Source: Ruminococcus bromii
Lineage (GTDB): Bacteria > Bacillota > Clostridia > Lachnospirales > Lachnospiraceae
DNA length: 64,000 nt
Assembly: GCA_963603285.1 (NCBI GenBank)
Contig: CAVCMG010000012.1
Coordinates: forward strand, 12,791 to 76,790
Direction: 5' to 3'
The notes under the pieces were generated by a model. That model was not told the DNA's origin, made no database searches, and worked only from the letters and a program-made list of their open reading frames with translations. A program made the translations under genes and the position numbers. Of the stretch, positions 1-9,183 are shown one piece after another (position 1 is the first letter of the stretch; each line of letters opens with the position of its first letter).

Positions 1-69
1 AAGGATTAAAAAGACTGGACAATACACTCAAACAGCATTTACATAACTAACCAAAAGGAGATTTACCAT

Positions 70-843
70 ATGCTTACTCAAACCCCAAAAGACCTGCTGA
101 TGCGATTGGATCTGAAATATCCTGCCATTGCTATCAAAACACGTTTTGAAGTTCCTCCGGTTTCTCCTCATTATACTGGAGAAAAACTTGCTTTTTGTCA
201 GTATGTCAAATATGTTCAGACCAGTGGAGAACGTTTCTATATTAGTGTAGATGACGATGTCTGCTATGGAAAACTTGCCATGGGAATGATTGATATTCCT
301 CCGGTAACCGGCTCCGGACAGGCTGGCTATGATTTTGGCTGTTATAAGGCTCCCATTGCCAATCAACAGCTTTATCAGAAACTTCCTCGCCTGCTCAGAA
401 ACACTGTCAACTATGTAGAATTCTGTCCTGCTGTCCAATGTGACTTTGATCCGGATTTACTTTTATTTGTTGCTGATTTTCCGCAAAGTGATATCATCAT
501 GCGGGCAACTTCCTATATCAGCGGAGATCTCTGGGAAAGCAAATCCAGTCCCGTACTCAGCTGTGCCTGGATGTACGCGTATCCGTTGATTGCCAACAAA
601 GTCAATCATATCACTACTGGATTTTATCATGGACTCAAACGCCGGAAAGCATATCCGGCCGGTTTGCGCATGATTTCCATTCCGTATGGTAAGTTTCCGG
701 AATTCTTTACCGCTCTTGAAGAAATGGATTGGACGCTGATTTCATTTCGAGAGGATGAAGAAAGCCGCAAACTTTTAAAAGAAAAAATGGATCATTGGCA
801 GGAAATGGCCCTGGCCACCAACACGACCTGTGATCTTCGCTGA
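70..843 (+). CDS. DUF169-like protein of unknown function
   Basis: 257-aa ORF. AAGGAG RBS 9 nt upstream of the ATG. The family call rests on recollection of DUF169-type sequences only. Confidence 0.55.
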   Translation: MLTQTPKDLLMRLDLKYPAIAIKTRFEVPPVSPHYTGEKLAFCQYVKYVQTSGERFYISVDDDVCYGKLAMGMIDIPPVTGSGQAGYDFGCYKAPIANQQLYQKLPRLLRNTVNYVEFCPAVQCDFDPDLLLFVADFPQSDIIMRATSYISGDLWESKSSPVLSCAWMYAYPLIANKVNHITTGFYHGLKRRKAYPAGLRMISIPYGKFPEFFTALEEMDWTLISFREDEESRKLLKEKMDHWQEMALATNTTCDLR

Positions 844-921
844 TCGCAGTTATGTAAGCAGACGTTTATCTGCTATCCAATTGTAAGTTTGTTCACCGAA
901 AGCTATATTTATCCTGTTTTT

Positions 922-967
922 AATAAAAAGGACCACCACTGAAGTTTTCTTTTACATGCTAAGGCAA
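922..967 (+). repeat. Copy 1 (most diverged) of a ~50-nt interspersed palindrome-containing element
   Basis: AATAAAAAGGACCACCACTGAAGTTTTCTTTTACATGCTAAGGCAA aligns with the copies at 8691, 9565(-) and 30155. It is followed by the hairpin at 973-1005. Confidence 0.6.
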
Positions 968-972
968 CAAAA

Positions 973-1005
973 GCGGAAGAAACGACAATATTTCATTTCT
1001 TCCGC
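973..1005 (-). terminator. Rho-independent terminator downstream of the MarR gene
   Basis: GCGGAAGAAA...TTTCTTCCGC stem directly after the stop of the minus-strand ORF at 1022. Confidence 0.6.
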
Positions 1006-1021
1006 CTTATATTTTACACAC

Positions 1022-1570
1022 TTATTCTATCGAATCATAAGAAAAGACAACATTGCCCGCCTCATCAATACGACATTTTTTTTGCATAACCTCAATCTGA
1101 TATTCCAACACCCGAAAATAAGAATCTATCTCCTCCGGTGAAAATTTTTCCAGCATATTCTGAATTAGTTCTCCTGTCTGTCTGGCATCGTACCGTCGGT
1201 GCATCTCACACAGGCGATGTCCTTTATCCGTTGTAAACAACGCTCGTTCTTTTTTATTGCCTGCAATATACTTCTTTGTAATATATCCCCCTTTTTCCAG
1301 CCGTCGGATAACCACACAGATCGCACTTCTGGTACGACACCACATTTTCGAAAGATCTACACTTAAAATCCCCTGATTTTCGTCAATATCTTTTAAAATA
1401 TGCGCATCCAGCATCTTGATCTCTTCACCGTTACCATAATCTTTTTCCTCAATGATTGTTCGATATAACAGCGCAGAAAACCGAAATTTCAAATTAGACC
1501 TGTAATCCAACTGGTCCAGCATTTCTGCCAATTGATATTTTGTCTTTTGTTTGTCCTTTTCCTCTTTCAC
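1022..1570 (-). CDS. MarR-family (winged-helix) transcriptional regulator
   Basis: 182 aa with a wHTH-like core (SVDLSKMWCRTRSAICVVIRRLEKGGYITK). GTG start with a GAGG RBS 7 nt upstream. Lies in AT-rich DNA. Confidence 0.7.
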   Translation of the reverse strand: MKEEKDKQKTKYQLAEMLDQLDYRSNLKFRFSALLYRTIIEEKDYGNGEEIKMLDAHILKDIDENQGILSVDLSKMWCRTRSAICVVIRRLEKGGYITKKYIAGNKKERALFTTDKGHRLCEMHRRYDARQTGELIQNMLEKFSPEEIDSYFRVLEYQIEVMQKKCRIDEAGNVVFSYDSIE

Positions 1571-1737
1571 ATGTATTCCTCAACTTTTTTCATTTTCCAT
1601 ATTTTCTTTTATTAAAACACATTTTGTTAAAGTGCGCAACAATACCATCGTTGTGAAGTTTTTTTCTCACTTTACTCAAAAAAAATTTAAGTGGGGTTTC
1701 AATTCTTTCATCGCTTGTATCTCCAAAAGATAAAACA

Positions 1738-2364
1738 ATGGAAATATCATCAGCACTGTCATCCTCTGAAAATTGTTTCGAGTTGTATGCACATAATTCA
1801 AGTCTGACTTGTTTATTCGGGTCTATTAATTCATCAGTGGACTATGACAAAGAAACCGGGGAAATCCTTACGGCTTCATCCATTCTGGACATCAACGAGG
1901 AAAAGATCCGGGAAGAGGAAGCCCTGGATGGTTACTATATGCTCCTGACCAGTGAAATGGACACACCAGACGATGAGATCATTGACATATATCGCGGACT
2001 GTGGCGCATCGAAGAATCCTTCAAAGTAACGAAAAGTGAATTGGAAGCAAGACCTGTATATGTCTGGACAAAAGAACATATCGAAGCGCATTTCCTGACT
2101 TGTTTTGTTGCCCTGACAATAGCAAGGATACTGGAAAACAAACTTGGGCAAAAATACAGTATCGGAGCAATCCTTTAGTCCCTGTCCAAAGCAGAATGCA
2201 GTCTGGTTCAGCAAAACTATTATCTATTCGATTATTATGATGAAGTACTAAGAGATATCGGATTGATTTTGGATATTGATTTTGAAAAACGTATTCGAAC
2301 TTTAGGAGAAATAAAAAAAATTTTGGCAATGACAAAAAAGCCAAAAAACACCATGAAAAAATGA
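1738..2364 (+). pseudogene. C-terminal remnant of an IS1634/IS4-like DDE transposase with an in-frame stop
   Basis: DGYYMLLTSE...IIDIYRGLWRIEESFKVTKSELEARPVYVWTKEHIEAHFLTCFVAL is a typical transposase C-terminus. A TAG at 2176-2178 interrupts a frame that continues to 2364. The N-terminal ~two thirds and any inverted repeats are absent. Confidence 0.6.
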
Positions 2365-2376
2365 CAAAACGGAAAA

Positions 2377-2416
2377 GCCGCAATCCAGCATAAACACTGG
2401 GATTGCGGCCATTTTT
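2377..2416 (+). terminator. Rho-independent terminator
   Basis: GCCGCAATCCAG...CTGGGATTGCGGC stem followed by a T-run. Confidence 0.7.
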
Positions 2417-2627
2417 AATCTACTTTACCTGCAAAAGTCAGGATATACAGAAAGTCAAAATCCAATAAAGCGTACTGAAATAGAGAAAGTCCAATCGGAG
2501 AGAAAAAATACCGATGTACCATATGTACATGGTCAGGTCTTCTGTGCTATAGTGGGACGAGAACACAGGTTCGACTGCGAAGAGAGTTGTACCTGCATTA
2601 GAAAATAGCAACAGGGAGAGTGTACAG

Positions 2628-3788
2628 ATGAAGAAAAAGAAGAAAACCGGGCTCTGGGTCGGCCTGCTTCTGGTGCTTGCCGTTGTCGGGATACTGCCGC
2701 TGCATGAACAGCAGTCGGATGTACCGGCGGGACAGGAGCATACTGTTTCGTATGCAGTAGAAAGCCAGACAGATACCAGCCCGTCAGAAGCAGCGAATGA
2801 AGCATTATCGAAGACTTCGCAAACTGTATCGGAGGCACAGAACACGGCATCAGATACAGCGCAGAGTATTGTTGCAGATACGCAGACAGAGACGACGACA
2901 GAAGTTCCATCTGCAGATGAAGCATCTATTCAGACATTAAGCAGTGCCGACATTCCTGCCTATACCGGCGAAGCGGCAGTTGTATTAAATGACAACAAAC
3001 CGTTTTTCACAGAGAAAGAGTATACGACAGAACCCTTTGAAAGCTACAGTGATCTGGACAGTCTGGGCCGCTGCGGTGTGGCCTATGCCAATGTCTGTGA
3101 GGAGATCATGCCCACAGAGGAACGGGGTGCGATCGGTATGATCAAACCGTCTGGCTGGCATACTGTCAAATACGACTGTGTAGATGGAAAATATCTCTAT
3201 AATCGCTGCCATCTGATCGGTTACCAGCTGAGTGGCGAGAATGCCAATGAAAAGAATCTGATCACCGGGACACGGTATTTAAATGTCATCGGTATGCTGC
3301 CCTACGAAGATCAGGTAGCGGATTATGTGCATGATACAGAGCATCATGTACTGTATCGTGTGACGCCCATTTTTACCGGTGACAATCTGGTGGCTGACGG
3401 TGTGGAGATTGAGGCTGCTTCTGTGGAAGATAAGGGAAAAACGCTGCAGTTTCATGTGTTCTGTTACAATGTCCAGCCGGGCGTGGTGATCGACTATGCA
3501 ACCGGTGACAGCCATCTGTCAGATGACGGCACAGCGGAGAACAGCGTAGCAGATAAAGGTAAGGCGGATAAAACAAAAGTCGCGGCTACGGAGACAACCG
3601 TCAGCAGTACATCCGCAGAAACTTCCGAAAAGATCACATATATTCTGAATAAAAATACCCACAAATTCCACTATCCATCATGTGCAAGTGTCGATGATAT
3701 CAAGCCAAGAAACCGTAAGGAATTTACAGGCACCCGGGAAGAAGTGATCGCACAGGGATATGATCCCTGTAAGCGTTGTAATCCATAA
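2628..3788 (+). CDS. Secreted DNA/RNA non-specific endonuclease (EndA/NucA-like) with a C-terminal Cys-rich metal-binding tail
   Basis: N-terminal signal/TM segment (KKKKKTGLWVGLLLVLAVVG). Nuclease core GRCGVAY...YNRCHLIGYQLSGENANEKNLITGTRYLN. C-terminal HKFHYPSC...DPCKRCNP motif. Confidence 0.75.
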   Translation: MKKKKKTGLWVGLLLVLAVVGILPLHEQQSDVPAGQEHTVSYAVESQTDTSPSEAANEALSKTSQTVSEAQNTASDTAQSIVADTQTETTTEVPSADEASIQTLSSADIPAYTGEAAVVLNDNKPFFTEKEYTTEPFESYSDLDSLGRCGVAYANVCEEIMPTEERGAIGMIKPSGWHTVKYDCVDGKYLYNRCHLIGYQLSGENANEKNLITGTRYLNVIGMLPYEDQVADYVHDTEHHVLYRVTPIFTGDNLVADGVEIEAASVEDKGKTLQFHVFCYNVQPGVVIDYATGDSHLSDDGTAENSVADKGKADKTKVAATETTVSSTSAETSEKITYILNKNTHKFHYPSCASVDDIKPRNRKEFTGTREEVIAQGYDPCKRCNP

Positions 3789-3926
3789 GAAAAAAGACAG
3801 AAAAGTGTTGAGAAAGTGTAAAGAAACGCCATGTTCTGAGTTGCAGTATTGAAAATGAAAAGAGAAGTCTGTAACATGTGAATAAAAGAACTGTGTAAAA
3901 AATACAGAACAAAAGGAGCCAGTCAA

Positions 3927-4961
3927 ATGAACGATCCATACGAACTTGCAAAAACAATATTGCAGTCTGCTGATGCGCTGGAAAGCGCAGAAACTGAAGC
4001 GTCTGCCGGTGGGGAGTTTACCAGCATTGACCTGTACGGAGCGGCTGTTCACGAAAAACAGGAAGCCAGCAAAGAAGCTGCCCGTTTCCATCTGGAAAAT
4101 GAGAGCGGAACGGGCGATATCACTCTGTATCAGGTTTTTCCCGGAATCGAGCTGGTCTACAATGATATGCACATGGCGTACTGTAACCGCCAGCAGCAGC
4201 CTGCCTCGGCAGTTATGGAGATCAATTACTGCAAAGAGGGCCGCAGTGAATGTCTGTTTGGAGAGAACCAGTACTGTTATATGGCTTCGGGCGATCTGTC
4301 GTTCTGCTCATTGCAGGAGCAGGCGCACCAGTCGGAGTTCCCGACGGCCCACTATCATGGCATCACAGTCACCATCGATTTTTCTGCGGTCACGGAGGAG
4401 ATGAAAAAGATCCTGACGTTGCTTTCTGTGGATCTGAATCGTATCAAAGCACTGGCACAGATGCAGGATTTTACCCTGATCCGGGCCAATCAGACCGTGG
4501 AGCATATTTTTTCCGAGCTGTACAGGGTGCCAGACAATATCCGGCATGGCTATATCCGTGTCAAGATGCTGGAGCTTCTGCTGGTACTGACGGAGCTTCA
4601 GCCGGAGCAGGAAAGAGATAAAAGGGCGCATTTCACCGGCGTACAGATCGAGACGGTCAAGCAGATCCACCATTTTCTTGTGGAACATTATGCAGAGCAT
4701 TATACGATCGATACGCTTGCAGAACAGTTTGATATGTCGCCAACGGTGATGAAAAAATGTTTCCGCGGCATTTACGGAGAATCTATCTATGCCTATATGA
4801 AACAGTATCGGCTGCAGGTGGCCGAGAGATTATTAAAGGAGAGCAGTCTGACGGTTGGTGAGATCGCAGCACAGATCGGCTATCTGAATCAGAATAAATT
4901 CACTTCGGCTTTCTGCGCTGCGTATGGTGTACCGCCGACGGAATACCGCAAAAAGAGCTGA
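3927..4961 (+). CDS. AraC-family transcriptional regulator
   Basis: C-terminal double HTH (YTIDTLAEQFDMSPTVMKKCFR...VGEIAAQIGYLNQNKFTSAF). AAGGAG RBS. Confidence 0.85.
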   Translation: MNDPYELAKTILQSADALESAETEASAGGEFTSIDLYGAAVHEKQEASKEAARFHLENESGTGDITLYQVFPGIELVYNDMHMAYCNRQQQPASAVMEINYCKEGRSECLFGENQYCYMASGDLSFCSLQEQAHQSEFPTAHYHGITVTIDFSAVTEEMKKILTLLSVDLNRIKALAQMQDFTLIRANQTVEHIFSELYRVPDNIRHGYIRVKMLELLLVLTELQPEQERDKRAHFTGVQIETVKQIHHFLVEHYAEHYTIDTLAEQFDMSPTVMKKCFRGIYGESIYAYMKQYRLQVAERLLKESSLTVGEIAAQIGYLNQNKFTSAFCAAYGVPPTEYRKKS

Positions 4962-5136
4962 AACAGACATGAGGGGGAAAGTGTCCGATGCCCGGAACGC
5001 TGTTGAAAGTATAAGAGAAGTCCGAATGGATAGAAAACAGCCTGTTCAGTCATTGTAATTTCAAATCCGATTTTTTAGAATGAGTGTTGTTAGAAAATGC
5101 TAACAACACTTTTTTATGTATAGGAGGACATTTCTC

Positions 5137-6930
5137 ATGCAAAAAGATTCTGAAATTTCCAGAATGTTTCGCTATGCGGGAAACCGGCACTGGCTGACGA
5201 TCCTTGGCATGATCCTGGCCGGAATCAGTACGGTGCTGTCGATGATTCCCTTTGTGTGCATCTGGTTTGTTGTACAGGATATGGTCAAAGCGCTTGGTGC
5301 AGGAGATATCCGTCTGGCGTCTGGCAGTACAGCGTATGCCTGGTGGGCCGTCGGATTTTCCGTACTGAGTATTCTGCTGTATTTTGCAGCGCTGTGCTGC
5401 TCGCATCTGGCAGCTTTCCGTACGGCAACAAACATGAAAAAGGCAGCCATGCACCATATTGTCACACTGCCGCTGGGCTATTTCAGTCAGAACGCCAGCG
5501 GACGACTGCATAAGGTTGTCGATGACAATGCCGGACTGACGGAAAACTTTCTGGCACATCAGCTGCCGGATCTGACGGGCGCTGTGGTCATGCCGGTGGC
5601 TGTGATCGTTCTGATCTTTGTGTTTGACTGGCGGTTAGGGCTTTGCTGTCTTGTTCCGCTGGCACTCAGCGTCTATTTTCTGAAACAGATGATGGGCGGT
5701 GACAATGCACATTTTATGGAAGGCTATATGAAAGCGCTGGAGACGATGAACAAGGAGGCTGTGGAATATATCCGTGGTATCCCGGTCGTCAAGGTATTCC
5801 AGCAGACCGTATATTCCTTTAAAAACTTCCATGCAGCGATTGAAGAATATGAAAAATATGCTTCCGGCTATGCGCTGAAATGCCGTATACCGCTGACCGG
5901 CTTTAATGTGGCTTTAAACGGCACGTTTATCCTGCTGATCCCGGTGGCATGTCTGATCTTTGCAGGAGCCAGCGGACAGGCCGGTTACCAGAAACTGTTT
6001 CTGGATTTCCTATTTTACAGCCTGTTTACACCGGTATGTGCGACGATGATGAACCGCGTAATGTTTGCCAGCGAGCAGCTGATGGCGGCCAAAAGTGCTG
6101 TGAACCGGATCGAAGAGATCTTAAACGAGCAGCCGCTGGCAGAGGCAAAGGAGCCGAAACAGCCGGTGGATGCTTCTGTAGCGTTTGAATACGTTTCCTT
6201 TGCCTATGATGGGGCAAAAGACAAGGCACTGGATGATATTTCCTTTGCAATCCCGGCAGGAAAAACGGTGGCTCTTGTGGGTGCTTCCGGCAGCGGAAAA
6301 TCCACAGCGGCGAAGCTGATCCCGTGGTTTTACGATGTGACCGGCGGCCGTGTATTGCTTGGCGGTGTCGATGTACGGGATATGGATAAACGTACCCTGA
6401 TGCATCAGATCGCCTTTGTATTCCAGAATACAAAGCTGTTTAAGGATACTTTGCTTGAAAATATCCGTGCAGCCAGACCGGAGGCTTCCAGAGAAGAGGT
6501 GCTGGCGGCGGTACGGGCTGCCCAGTGTCAGGAGATCATCGACCGGCTGCCACAGGGGCTGGATACCATGGTAGGTGCCGGTGGTACATATCTGTCCGGT
6601 GGTGAAAACCAGAGAATCGCACTGGCAAGAGCTATTTTAAAGGATGCGCCGGTGATCGTGCTGGATGAGGCAACCGCTTTTGCGGATGCGGAGAACGAGC
6701 ACCAGATCCAGCTGGCTTTTGAAAAGCTGACACAGAATAAGACCGTGCTTATGATCGCACATCGTCTTTCCACGATCCAGAATGCAGATCTGATCCTGGT
6801 ATTTGATGAAGGTAAGATTATCGAAAGAGGTACACACGATGCATTGCTGGAAAAACATGGCAGATATGCGTCCATGTGGCAGGAATATCAGACGTCGATT
6901 GCATGGAAAGTCGGAAAGGAGGCAAAATAA
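5137..6930 (+). CDS. ABC exporter, fused permease/ATPase (heterodimer partner 1)
   Basis: Six-TM N-terminal half. Walker A GASGSGKST, signature LSGGENQR, Walker B VIVLDEAT. Start moved to the ATG at 5137 behind an AGGAGGA RBS. Confidence 0.9.
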   Translation: MQKDSEISRMFRYAGNRHWLTILGMILAGISTVLSMIPFVCIWFVVQDMVKALGAGDIRLASGSTAYAWWAVGFSVLSILLYFAALCCSHLAAFRTATNMKKAAMHHIVTLPLGYFSQNASGRLHKVVDDNAGLTENFLAHQLPDLTGAVVMPVAVIVLIFVFDWRLGLCCLVPLALSVYFLKQMMGGDNAHFMEGYMKALETMNKEAVEYIRGIPVVKVFQQTVYSFKNFHAAIEEYEKYASGYALKCRIPLTGFNVALNGTFILLIPVACLIFAGASGQAGYQKLFLDFLFYSLFTPVCATMMNRVMFASEQLMAAKSAVNRIEEILNEQPLAEAKEPKQPVDASVAFEYVSFAYDGAKDKALDDISFAIPAGKTVALVGASGSGKSTAAKLIPWFYDVTGGRVLLGGVDVRDMDKRTLMHQIAFVFQNTKLFKDTLLENIRAARPEASREEVLAAVRAAQCQEIIDRLPQGLDTMVGAGGTYLSGGENQRIALARAILKDAPVIVLDEATAFADAENEHQIQLAFEKLTQNKTVLMIAHRLSTIQNADLILVFDEGKIIERGTHDALLEKHGRYASMWQEYQTSIAWKVGKEAK

Positions 6931-8675
6931 TGCGAAAACTTTTTCAGAAGAAATATGCGCTGAGTGAACAGGGCGCAAAAGATCTCTGCAAAGGAATCCT
7001 CTATTCCATTCTGGCATATATCAGTCTGATGCTTCCGGTGGCACTGCTGGCCTGCGTATTGCAGGTATTTCTGGCCGGTGTGCTGGGTGAAAGTGGACAG
7101 CCGGTGTCTGCAGCATTGTATACAGAAATCGGAATCGTGATTCTTGTGATCATCTTTATTATGCATTATCTGCAGTATACGGTAACGTATATGGGCACCT
7201 ATGAAGAGAGTGAGCGTCGCAGGATCTCGCTGGCGGAAAAGTTAAGAACCATGCCGCTTCGGTTCTTTCAGGAGTATGATCTGTCGGACCTGACAGCTAC
7301 GATCATGGGAGACTGTGCCGGATTTGAACATGCCTTTTCCCATACTGTGCCGCAGTTCTGGGGCTCGATCATTTCCACGGCGATCGTGTGCGTGGTACTG
7401 CTCATCTACGACTGGCAGATGGGACTGGCACTTTTGTGGGTGGCTCCGGTGTCCTTTGCCATTGTACTGCTGTCCAGAAAGCTCCAGGAAAAGCTGGGCA
7501 GAAAGCATATGGCGGCAAGGCTTACGCTGGCCGAGGGTATCCAGGAGTGTCTGGAGACCGTGCAGGATATCAAAGCCTGCAGTCTGGAAGAAACGTATCT
7601 GAAAAAGCTGGATGCCAAGATGGATGCCGCGGAGAAAGCCCAGATTTCTTCGGAAATGCTGACGGCCAGCCTTGTAACGACCGGTCAGATGTTTCTGCGT
7701 CTGGGTCTGGCAACCGTTATTATCGTCGGAAATGTTCTGATGGTACACCAGCAGACAACGCTGTTTGCCTACATCCTGTTTCTTATCGCGGCTTCCCGGC
7801 TGTACGATCCGCTGTCCGGCGCCATGTCCAATATGGCAGAGCTGTTTTCTGTGGATCTGCAGGTTGGTCGTCTGAAAACGATCCAGAATTATAAGGAAGA
7901 GAAAAAGCAGACCACATATCAGACAGACGGCTATGATCTGACCTTTGACCATGTGGAATTTTCCTATGAGCCGGGTAAACCGGTGTTAAAGGATGTGTCC
8001 TTTACGGCAAAGCAGGGACAGGTAACGGCTCTGGTTGGTCCGTCAGGTGGCGGAAAGAGTACCGTGGCCAATCTGGCAGCCGGATTTTACGATGTAACGG
8101 GAGGAAAAATCACGCTGGGCGGTACGGATACACGGCCAATCGACGCCGTGGCCATGATGAAGGATTTCTCCATCGTGTTCCAGAATGTTGTCCTGTTCAA
8201 TAATACGGTCATGGAAAACTTACGTGTCGGCCGCAAAAATGCAACGGATGAAGAGGTGATCGCCGCAGCCCAAGCGGCCCATTGCCATGATTTTATCATG
8301 AAGCTGCCGCAGGGTTATGATACGGTGATTGGAGAGAACGGTTCCACACTGTCCGGTGGTGAGTGTCAGCGGCTTTCGATTGCCCGTGCGCTGTTAAAGG
8401 ATGCGCCGGTGATCATTCTGGATGAAGCAACAGCTTCGCTGGATGTGGACAATGAGACAGAGATCCAGGAGGCTATCTCACAGCTGATCAAGGGCAAGAC
8501 GGTTCTGATCATTGCGCACCGGATGCGTACCGTAGAGCATGCGGACAAGATCGTCGTTCTTGACGGCGGCGTTGTGGCAGAGAGTGGAACGAACGATGAG
8601 TTGTTGAAAAAGAATGGCCTGTATGCCCATCTGGTGGCTTTGCAGACCGCTTCTGCAGACTGGAAGCTGAACTAA
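6930..8675 (+). CDS. ABC exporter, fused permease/ATPase (heterodimer partner 2)
   Basis: Walker A GPSGGGKST, signature LSGGECQR, Walker B IILDEAT. The ATG overlaps the upstream stop (TAATG), which suggests translational coupling. Confidence 0.9.
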   Translation: MRKLFQKKYALSEQGAKDLCKGILYSILAYISLMLPVALLACVLQVFLAGVLGESGQPVSAALYTEIGIVILVIIFIMHYLQYTVTYMGTYEESERRRISLAEKLRTMPLRFFQEYDLSDLTATIMGDCAGFEHAFSHTVPQFWGSIISTAIVCVVLLIYDWQMGLALLWVAPVSFAIVLLSRKLQEKLGRKHMAARLTLAEGIQECLETVQDIKACSLEETYLKKLDAKMDAAEKAQISSEMLTASLVTTGQMFLRLGLATVIIVGNVLMVHQQTTLFAYILFLIAASRLYDPLSGAMSNMAELFSVDLQVGRLKTIQNYKEEKKQTTYQTDGYDLTFDHVEFSYEPGKPVLKDVSFTAKQGQVTALVGPSGGGKSTVANLAAGFYDVTGGKITLGGTDTRPIDAVAMMKDFSIVFQNVVLFNNTVMENLRVGRKNATDEEVIAAAQAAHCHDFIMKLPQGYDTVIGENGSTLSGGECQRLSIARALLKDAPVIILDEATASLDVDNETEIQEAISQLIKGKTVLIIAHRMRTVEHADKIVVLDGGVVAESGTNDELLKKNGLYAHLVALQTASADWKLN

Positions 8676-8690
8676 GTGGGAAAATGAACC

Positions 8691-8740
8691 CAATAAAAGG
8701 AACCTCCACTGGAGCTTTCTTTTATATGCTAAGGCAAAAA
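8691..8740 (+). repeat. Copy 2 of the ~50-nt interspersed element
   Basis: CAATAAAAGGAACCTCCACTGGAGCTTTCTTTTATATGCTAAGGCAAAAA is near-identical to the copy at 30155-30208. Confidence 0.75.
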
Positions 8741-8747
8741 GAAAAAA

Positions 8748-8782
8748 GGAGCAGATCTGGTAAAAGGATCTGCGTCCTTTTT
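8748..8782. terminator. Bidirectional Rho-independent terminator
   Basis: GGAGCAGATC...GATCTGCGTCC stem with an A-run upstream and a T-run downstream. Confidence 0.7.
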
Positions 8783-8795
8783 GCGCAGCATACCC

Positions 8796-8824
8796 TTGCA
8801 TTTTCTGTGAACAGACAGTATAAT
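8796..8824 (+). promoter_or_regulatory. Sigma-A-type promoter for the BMC gene pair
   Basis: TTGCAT, 17 nt, TATAAT. Confidence 0.6.
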
Positions 8825-8872
8825 AGCAATAGAATTGTGCAATCCAGAATTGTATACATACAGGAGGATCTT

Positions 8873-9169
8873 ATGAGCAAGTATAATGGTGCAGCCGTAG
8901 GCGCATTCGAAGCAGACAGCTACCTTGTGTGCTGTGTAGCCATCGATGCCGCCGTCAAAGCAGCAGATGTCAAAGTAGAGGGAATCGAGAGAAACCGTTT
9001 AAAAAGCGGTGCCTGTGTAAAACTCCGTGGCCGTATCTCCGATATCAAAGCAGCTATGGAAGCCGCTGAAGAGGCTGCAAAGCGTCTGTCTCCGATCACC
9101 AAGTCCGTGATCATTCCGTCACCGACACCGGATACAGAGATCATGCTTGAGATGACCATCAATAAATAA
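8873..9169 (+). CDS. BMC-domain (microcompartment shell, BMC-H-like) protein
   Basis: AVGAFEA...AIDAAVKAADVKV...LRGRISDIKAAMEAAEEAA...VIIPSPTPDTE aligns by eye with PduA/EutM-type BMC domains. AGGAGGA RBS before the ATG at 8873. The 161-aa version in the ORF track is an artefactual extension. Confidence 0.8.
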   Translation: MSKYNGAAVGAFEADSYLVCCVAIDAAVKAADVKVEGIERNRLKSGACVKLRGRISDIKAAMEAAEEAAKRLSPITKSVIIPSPTPDTEIMLEMTINK

Positions 9170-9183
9170 GGCAAAGGAGAAGA

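Noticed and set aside
8684-9169. 161-aa version of the first BMC ORF, extending upstream across the repeat element and a terminator.
   Set aside because: The extension crosses a terminator hairpin and a promoter. The BMC domain begins at the ATG at 8873, which has an AGGAGGA RBS.
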